From: Candidatus Scatomorpha stercorigallinarum
Lineage (GTDB): Bacteria > Bacillota > Clostridia > Oscillospirales > Oscillospiraceae
Direction: 5' to 3'
DNA length: 64,000 nt
NCBI GenBank assembly: GCA_944387865.1
Contig: CALXGN010000006.1
Coordinates: 11,355 to 75,354 of the forward strand
Positions 59,629 through 64,000 of the stretch are shown here, in pieces. A program made the translations under genes and the position numbers. Under the pieces are notes generated by a model. That model did no database searches. It was not told the DNA's origin and saw only the letters and a program-made list of their open reading frames with translations. The stretch's first letter is position 1; every line of letters starts with the position of its first letter.

Positions 59629-59793
59629 TCACATCTGGTGTTCCTCGGCGCAGTTGTCCTTGACATCCGGGCCGGTGGAGATGTGTTTTTCCCCGGCGGG
59701 GAATTTCTTCATCCCCGTGGAGTCGTACTGCGGGCAGACGCGCTGTTCCGGGTCGAGCGCGATGGCGTCGCGGCGTTTTTTCCTGCGTGACAT
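59629..59793 (-). CDS. Unannotated 54-aa basic/acidic small protein
   Basis: MSRRKKRRDAIALDPEQRVCPQYDSTGMKKFPAGEKHISTGPDVKDNCAEEHQM. Third positions are strongly GC-biased and a GGGGGTG SD lies 7 nt upstream. It is in a different frame from the track ORF 59594-59812. Confidence 0.4.
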   Translation of the reverse strand: MSRRKKRRDAIALDPEQRVCPQYDSTGMKKFPAGEKHISTGPDVKDNCAEEHQM

Positions 59794-59857
59794 ATAGTTC
59801 ACCCCCGGCCATATTATGGCCGGGGGCTTTGTGGAGTATGAGTATGACTGAGCGGTA

Positions 59858-60487
59858 TCAGAGTTTGGCGGCCAGCTCGTTGAGGAGCGCCTCGGCCTTG
59901 TCGATATTGAAGATGCCGCAGGCGCAGGGCTCGGCCAGCTTGACGGCGGCTTTGCGCGCGGTGGTCCGGCCGGCGCGGATGTCGTCGATCATCTTGGAGA
60001 CCAGGTTGGCGGAGATCATGCCGTGCCCGCACATGGTGGTAATCTCCATTATCTTCTCATCGGGCAGCTTGTCGATCTTGCCCCAGATGCCGAGCGAGAG
60101 ATCGACGGAGTGACGCTGGATGCCGGCCTTTTTTGCGCAGCAGTCCACGTCGTCCACCAGGCCGGAGACGACCACGGAGTAGCCGTAGTCGGCCTCCTTG
60201 AGGGCCTTCATGACGGCGATGAGGGTGTCGCGGTCGCTGAAAACGGCGTGTATCATCGGTGCGTCGGGGGAGATGTTCTCGCGCAGCTCCTCAACGGTGT
60301 TCAGCGCCAGGTTGCCGATGCCGATGCCGCCCATGTTCACGGGGTGGAAGGGGGCCAGCAGGTCGATGTATTTTTTGAACGTCTCGACGCTGTCCTGGCT
60401 GTTCACGCCCCTGGCGGGCATGATGAGCACGACGTAGTCGTTGGTGCGGCCGTTCTCGCTCTTTACGCGGTGCAGAGTGTGGGTCAT
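59858..60487 (-). CDS. Hypothetical protein (209 aa) co-transcribed with the oxidoreductase operon
   Basis: Overlaps the upstream gene by 4 nt. The C-terminal part carries MCGHG...PCACG, a possible metal or cluster site. I recognise no family. Confidence 0.6.
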   Translation of the reverse strand: MTHTLHRVKSENGRTNDYVVLIMPARGVNSQDSVETFKKYIDLLAPFHPVNMGGIGIGNLALNTVEELRENISPDAPMIHAVFSDRDTLIAVMKALKEADYGYSVVVSGLVDDVDCCAKKAGIQRHSVDLSLGIWGKIDKLPDEKIMEITTMCGHGMISANLVSKMIDDIRAGRTTARKAAVKLAEPCACGIFNIDKAEALLNELAAKL

Positions 60488-61236
60488 TTCGACGCCTCCT
60501 TTATCCTGTCCTCATAGCGCGGGCGCCCAAGGCCGAGGTTCGTCTTGGCCGAGGTGCGGTCAACGTCGATGTTCATGCCGTCGATGACGCGGCGGGCGTG
60601 CACGGTGTCGTCGCTCTCGTCCACGCGGCTGATAAGGCCGAGGGAGAAAACGCTGTCTATCTCCTTGGAGGCCTGCTTGAGCGCCTCCAGCACTTCCTCC
60701 GCCTTGTCCAGGTCGCAGCGGAACTCGACGATGGCGCTGAGCACGCGCTCGCCGAGGACGCTCTCGTCGAATTTGCCGGTCTTTTTGTCCACCATCAGGG
60801 CGGTGACGGGGTTGTTGACCTCGAACTCCCGGATGAGCGGGGCCACGGCCATGGCGACCTTCTGGATGTCCTCAAAGCTGGCGGAGACGCCGGGGCGGCC
60901 CAGCTCGACGGCGAAGCCGATGGTGTCCAGGTCGTGGATGATGCCGGTGACGTCGTTCGTCTTGACCTCCTCGGTGCCGCGGCCGGCGTGCTTGAGCGTG
61001 GTGTTCTCATGCTTGCCGAAGGGGTCGCTGAAGGCCTTGCGGTAGGCGCGCGGCGGCTCGAGGCGGACGTTGTATATGGCGTCGCGCGGACATTTGGCGT
61101 AGCGCAGGCAGGAGCAGCACTCGACGCAGGCGTCGAGGTCTATCGTCATGTGCCCGTCGGCTTCCTTTATCGCCCCCACGGGGCAATAGGGGACGCATTT
61201 TTTGCATTTGACGCATTTTGCGGGATCTATATACAT
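60484..61236 (-). CDS. Ferredoxin-domain fusion protein (2x[4Fe-4S] N-terminus plus unknown 170-aa domain)
   Basis: Cys motifs CVKCKKCVPYCP and CVECCSCLRYAKCP. The remainder is uncharacterised. Confidence 0.7.
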   Translation of the reverse strand: MYIDPAKCVKCKKCVPYCPVGAIKEADGHMTIDLDACVECCSCLRYAKCPRDAIYNVRLEPPRAYRKAFSDPFGKHENTTLKHAGRGTEEVKTNDVTGIIHDLDTIGFAVELGRPGVSASFEDIQKVAMAVAPLIREFEVNNPVTALMVDKKTGKFDESVLGERVLSAIVEFRCDLDKAEEVLEALKQASKEIDSVFSLGLISRVDESDDTVHARRVIDGMNIDVDRTSAKTNLGLGRPRYEDRIKEASK

Positions 61237-61250
61237 GTTTACCTCCTTTG

Positions 61251-62162
61251 TCAGTCCTGCATGGAGGCGAGGGCCCTGACCGTGGCGTAGCGCTCGTTGG
61301 CCGCGCGCTGCACGTCCGCGATCTGCTCTTCGCTCATGCGGGAGAATTTACCGATGCCCTCGATGAACTCGGTGACGGGGATGGGCTTGTCGTTCTTGTA
61401 ATTGAGCGTCCAGACCGGGCCTTCCTTTTCCCAGAGGGGGAACATGTTGGACTTCACGGCGCGGCGGGCGACTTCGATGGTGCGGTCGCAGGCAAAGCTC
61501 CAGCCGGTGGGGCAGGGGCAGAACACATGCAGATAGGCGAAGCCGTGCTTGGAGGCGGCCAGGCCCTTCTGCACCTTGCCGACGAGGTCGGCCATGTTGG
61601 CGGGGGTGGCGGTGGCGCAGTAGGCCACGCCGTGCATGGCCATGATGAGCGGGACGTATTTCTGCGCCTGCTGCTTGCCGGAGAGCTTGCTGCCCAGCGG
61701 GGTGGTGGAGGTGCGCGAGCCCTCGGTGGTGGTGGAGCTGCGCTGATAGCCCGTGTTCATATAGCCCTCGTTGTCGTAGCAGACGTAGAGGATGTGCTCG
61801 CCGCGCTCCGCCGCGCCGGACAGGCTCTGGAAGCCGCAGTCGGCGCTGGCGCCGTCGCCGGCCACGGCGACGATGTTGACGTCCTCGCGGCCCATGCGCT
61901 GGTACATGTGCGTGACGCCGGAGAGGAAGGAAGCGGCGTTGTCCAGCAGGGGGATGTGGACGGGTATCTTCATGCCGCTGTCAAAGTTCCAGCCGACGAC
62001 GCCGCTGCCGGCCATGCAGCCGGGGGGCACGCAGACGATGGTGTTTTTGCCGGCGACCTGCAATATGCGGCGCAGCACCAGCTCGCCGCCGCAGCCCTGG
62101 CAGGCGGAGACGCCGGGGGAGACCATGTCCGGGCTGTTCCTGAGTATGTCGAGATAGTTCAT
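61251..62162 (-). CDS. 2-oxoacid:ferredoxin oxidoreductase beta (TPP-binding) subunit
   Basis: CQGCG start region and the GDGASADCGFQ TPP/Mg motif. It belongs to the por/vor family; the substrate is not assignable from sequence. Confidence 0.88.
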   Translation of the reverse strand: MNYLDILRNSPDMVSPGVSACQGCGGELVLRRILQVAGKNTIVCVPPGCMAGSGVVGWNFDSGMKIPVHIPLLDNAASFLSGVTHMYQRMGREDVNIVAVAGDGASADCGFQSLSGAAERGEHILYVCYDNEGYMNTGYQRSSTTTEGSRTSTTPLGSKLSGKQQAQKYVPLIMAMHGVAYCATATPANMADLVGKVQKGLAASKHGFAYLHVFCPCPTGWSFACDRTIEVARRAVKSNMFPLWEKEGPVWTLNYKNDKPIPVTEFIEGIGKFSRMSEEQIADVQRAANERYATVRALASMQD

Positions 62163-63352
62163 TTTGCGGCCTCCTGATCCTTCATCAGCCAGCGGGTCTC
62201 ATACTCGCCCGGCTGGTCCTTTATCTCGTTGAGACGGTCGATGACGCCCTCCATGTCGGCCACGGAGATGTCCGCGCCGCCAAGGCCGCCGATGGTGGAG
62301 AAGCGGGCCATGCCGCTGAGGTCCTCGATGGCGGAGCAGGTCTCGACATACATCGGGCCGCGGTCCCAGCCGTAGCAGACGCTGCGGTCCACGACGCAGA
62401 AGGCCTTTTTCCCGCCGAGGGCGTCGGCCAGGCGCTTCGCGGGGAAGGGGCGGTAGAAGCGTATCTTCACCAGGCCGGCGCGTATGCCGCGCTCGCGGGC
62501 GGTGTCCACGGCGTCCTTGCCGGCGCCGGTCATGCCGCCGATTGTGACGATGACGACCTCGGCGTCCTCGCAGCGGTATTCCTCGATGAGGCCGCCGTAG
62601 GAGCGGCCGAAGGCGGCGGCGAACTTTTTATCCGTCTCGTCGATGACGGCGAGGGCGTTCTGCATGGCCTGCAGGTGGCTGCGGCGGTAGTGCAGCATGA
62701 GCTCGCCGGGGGTCATGGGGTCGAGCGCAAGGGGCTTGTCGGGGTCGAGCAGGGCGCTGTAGAGCGGGCGGTGGGACGGCAGGAAGGCGTCCACTTCCTC
62801 CTGCGTGGGCATATCCACGCCGGCGGTCAGGTGGGAGCTGTAGAAGCCGTCGTAGCACACGTTGATGGGCAGCACCACGTCCGGGTGCTCGGCGATCATG
62901 TAGCCCTGGATGATCATGTCGGCGATTTCCTGGTTGCTGTCGCAGAACATCTGTATCCAGCCCGCGTCGCGGACGGAGATGGCGTCCTGCTGGCCGCTCC
63001 AGATGGTCTCCGGGGAGCTCATCTCGCGCGTGGCGATGGCCATGACCATGGGCAGGCGCATGGTGGACATGCGGTAGTAGGGCTCGTACATGAGGGCCAG
63101 GCCCTGGGCGCTCGTGGCGGTGAAGGTGCGCGCGCCGGCGGCGGCGGCGCCCTGCACGACGCTCATGGCGGAGTGCTCGCTCTCCACCTGCACCAGGTCG
63201 GAGTCCAGCTCGCCGTTGTGCACCATTTCCGAGAGGTGCTCGACGACGGAGGACTGCGGCGTGATGGGATAGGCGGCGATGAGGTCGAGGCGGCAGAGCG
63301 CGGCGGCCTCCGCGGCGGCGTAGTTGCCGGTGAGGACTTTGATCTTACCCAT
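62159..63352 (-). CDS. 2-oxoacid:ferredoxin oxidoreductase alpha subunit
   Basis: GNYAAAEAA...AAYPITPQS N-terminal motif. It overlaps its neighbours by 4 and 8 nt. Confidence 0.88.
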   Translation of the reverse strand: MGKIKVLTGNYAAAEAAALCRLDLIAAYPITPQSSVVEHLSEMVHNGELDSDLVQVESEHSAMSVVQGAAAAGARTFTATSAQGLALMYEPYYRMSTMRLPMVMAIATREMSSPETIWSGQQDAISVRDAGWIQMFCDSNQEIADMIIQGYMIAEHPDVVLPINVCYDGFYSSHLTAGVDMPTQEEVDAFLPSHRPLYSALLDPDKPLALDPMTPGELMLHYRRSHLQAMQNALAVIDETDKKFAAAFGRSYGGLIEEYRCEDAEVVIVTIGGMTGAGKDAVDTARERGIRAGLVKIRFYRPFPAKRLADALGGKKAFCVVDRSVCYGWDRGPMYVETCSAIEDLSGMARFSTIGGLGGADISVADMEGVIDRLNEIKDQPGEYETRWLMKDQEAAK

Positions 63353-63629
63353 TGCTGTTCCCCCCTTCGCGGACCATGGAAATGGCCTTCCTCGGGCATT
63401 CGGCGGCGCAGATGCCGCAGCCCTTGCAGTAATCGTAGGTGATGTAATAACCCTTATCTTCCGCCCACTTGATGGAGTTGACGGGGCAGTAGCCCAGGCA
63501 GAGCCCGCAGTTGACGCAGAGGGACTTGTCCATCACCGGGCGGTGCGTGCGCCAGCTCGCGGTGTCGAGGACGTATATCCCCTCGTCGCCCACCGGCGTT
63601 ATGTATCGTCTGTCGCTCATTTTGCACAC
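63345..63629 (-). CDS. 2-oxoacid:ferredoxin oxidoreductase delta (2x[4Fe-4S] ferredoxin) subunit
   Basis: CVNCGLCLGYCP and CKGCGICAAECP motifs. Confidence 0.85.
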   Translation of the reverse strand: MCKMSDRRYITPVGDEGIYVLDTASWRTHRPVMDKSLCVNCGLCLGYCPVNSIKWAEDKGYYITYDYCKGCGICAAECPRKAISMVREGGNSNG

Positions 63630-64000
63630 TCCCCCTTCAGGATCTTGACAGTGTCGTACCCTTCCGCGGCCGCGAGGCGGTTGCCCTCGCCGAAGGCGGC
63701 GGCGATCTCCTCAAAGAGCAGCTCGCGGTCCACCAGATCGACGATGCGGGCGAAGGCGCCGAGGACGGAGGTGTTCGGCAGGTTACGGCCAAAGCGGCGC
63801 TCGGATATCTCCGTCGCGGCCACTTCGGCCACCAGGCCCGCGCAGTCGGGCACCAGCAGCTCTTCGAGCGGCTTGGTGGAGTTGATGAGCACGATGCCGC
63901 CGGGCTTGAGCCCCGCGTAGGTGTTGGGCATGGTGACGAGCGTGTCGTCCATGATGACGATCATGTCCGGCTCATAGATCTGCGTTTTCCGCCGTATCTC
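63617..64000 (-). CDS. 2-oxoacid:ferredoxin oxidoreductase gamma subunit (5' end outside the window)
   Basis: The frame stays open to the window edge beyond the first in-window Met. The pattern is gamma-subunit-like (NTSVLGAFA...). Confidence 0.8.
   Translation of the reverse strand, partial: EIRRKTQIYEPDMIVIMDDTLVTMPNTYAGLKPGGIVLINSTKPLEELLVPDCAGLVAEVAATEISERRFGRNLPNTSVLGAFARIVDLVDRELLFEEIAAAFGEGNRLAAAEGYDTVKILKGECAK

Noticed and set aside
56973-59663. 896-aa plus-strand ORF over pcrA
   Set aside because: It is an antisense shadow ORF. The minus strand encodes a full PcrA/UvrD.
59594-59812. 72-aa ORF from the track (MAGGELYVTQEKTPRRHRARPG...)
   Set aside because: Its composition is Arg/Pro-rich with poor codon bias and no SD. 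The alternative frame (59629-59793) has an SD and strong GC3 bias and is preferred.

Overview
This is a 64 kb stretch of high-GC chromosome (well above 60% by eye). It looks like a spore-forming Clostridia-type Firmicute, judging from sleB, ricT/yaaT, an SLH-anchored surface protein, a T-box leader and DapL-route lysine genes. That taxonomic call is inference only. I can support about 60 protein genes. Most are housekeeping: pgi, thrS, holB, glmM, nagB, dapL, dapF, mreB-like, comFC, recD2, uvrA, gluQ-like, asnA, pcrA, and a four-subunit 2-oxoacid:ferredoxin oxidoreductase that runs off the 3' end of the window. I saw no rRNA, tRNA, CRISPR array, transposase, integrase or prophage genes. The many long ORFs antisense to real genes are typical high-GC shadow ORFs and are rejected. 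The strongest candidate for an undescribed system is the co-directional operon at 12.9-18.5 kb. It encodes a CooC-type nickel-insertase ATPase with a CxC motif, a heterodimeric 2-hydroxyacyl-CoA-dehydratase-like pair, an HgdC-type ATP-dependent activase, an unannotated 58-aa membrane peptide, and a stand-alone homologue of the acetyl-CoA-synthase middle domain. No CoA-transferase, CODH or corrinoid genes are nearby. A convergent DUF134 regulator and a NifX-like protein with a His/Cys-rich metal-binding tail sit next to it. Other notable items:
- a ~466-nt multi-hairpin intergenic element present twice, with one hairpin replaced in a structure-preserving way;
- a promoter, leader peptide and terminator attenuator ahead of a heterodimeric ABC exporter;
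- a promoter, mini-uORF and terminator leader ahead of an ABC-F gene;
- a perfect 20-bp-arm operator at a blaI/blaR1-like pair whose sensor domain is not PBP-like;
- a cell-wall stress module (two-component system, unknown protein, VanY);
- a compositionally mosaic 1153-aa SLH surface protein;
- two unusual accessory genes fused to the oxidoreductase operon.
All homology calls come from reading motifs in the supplied translations; no searches were run.
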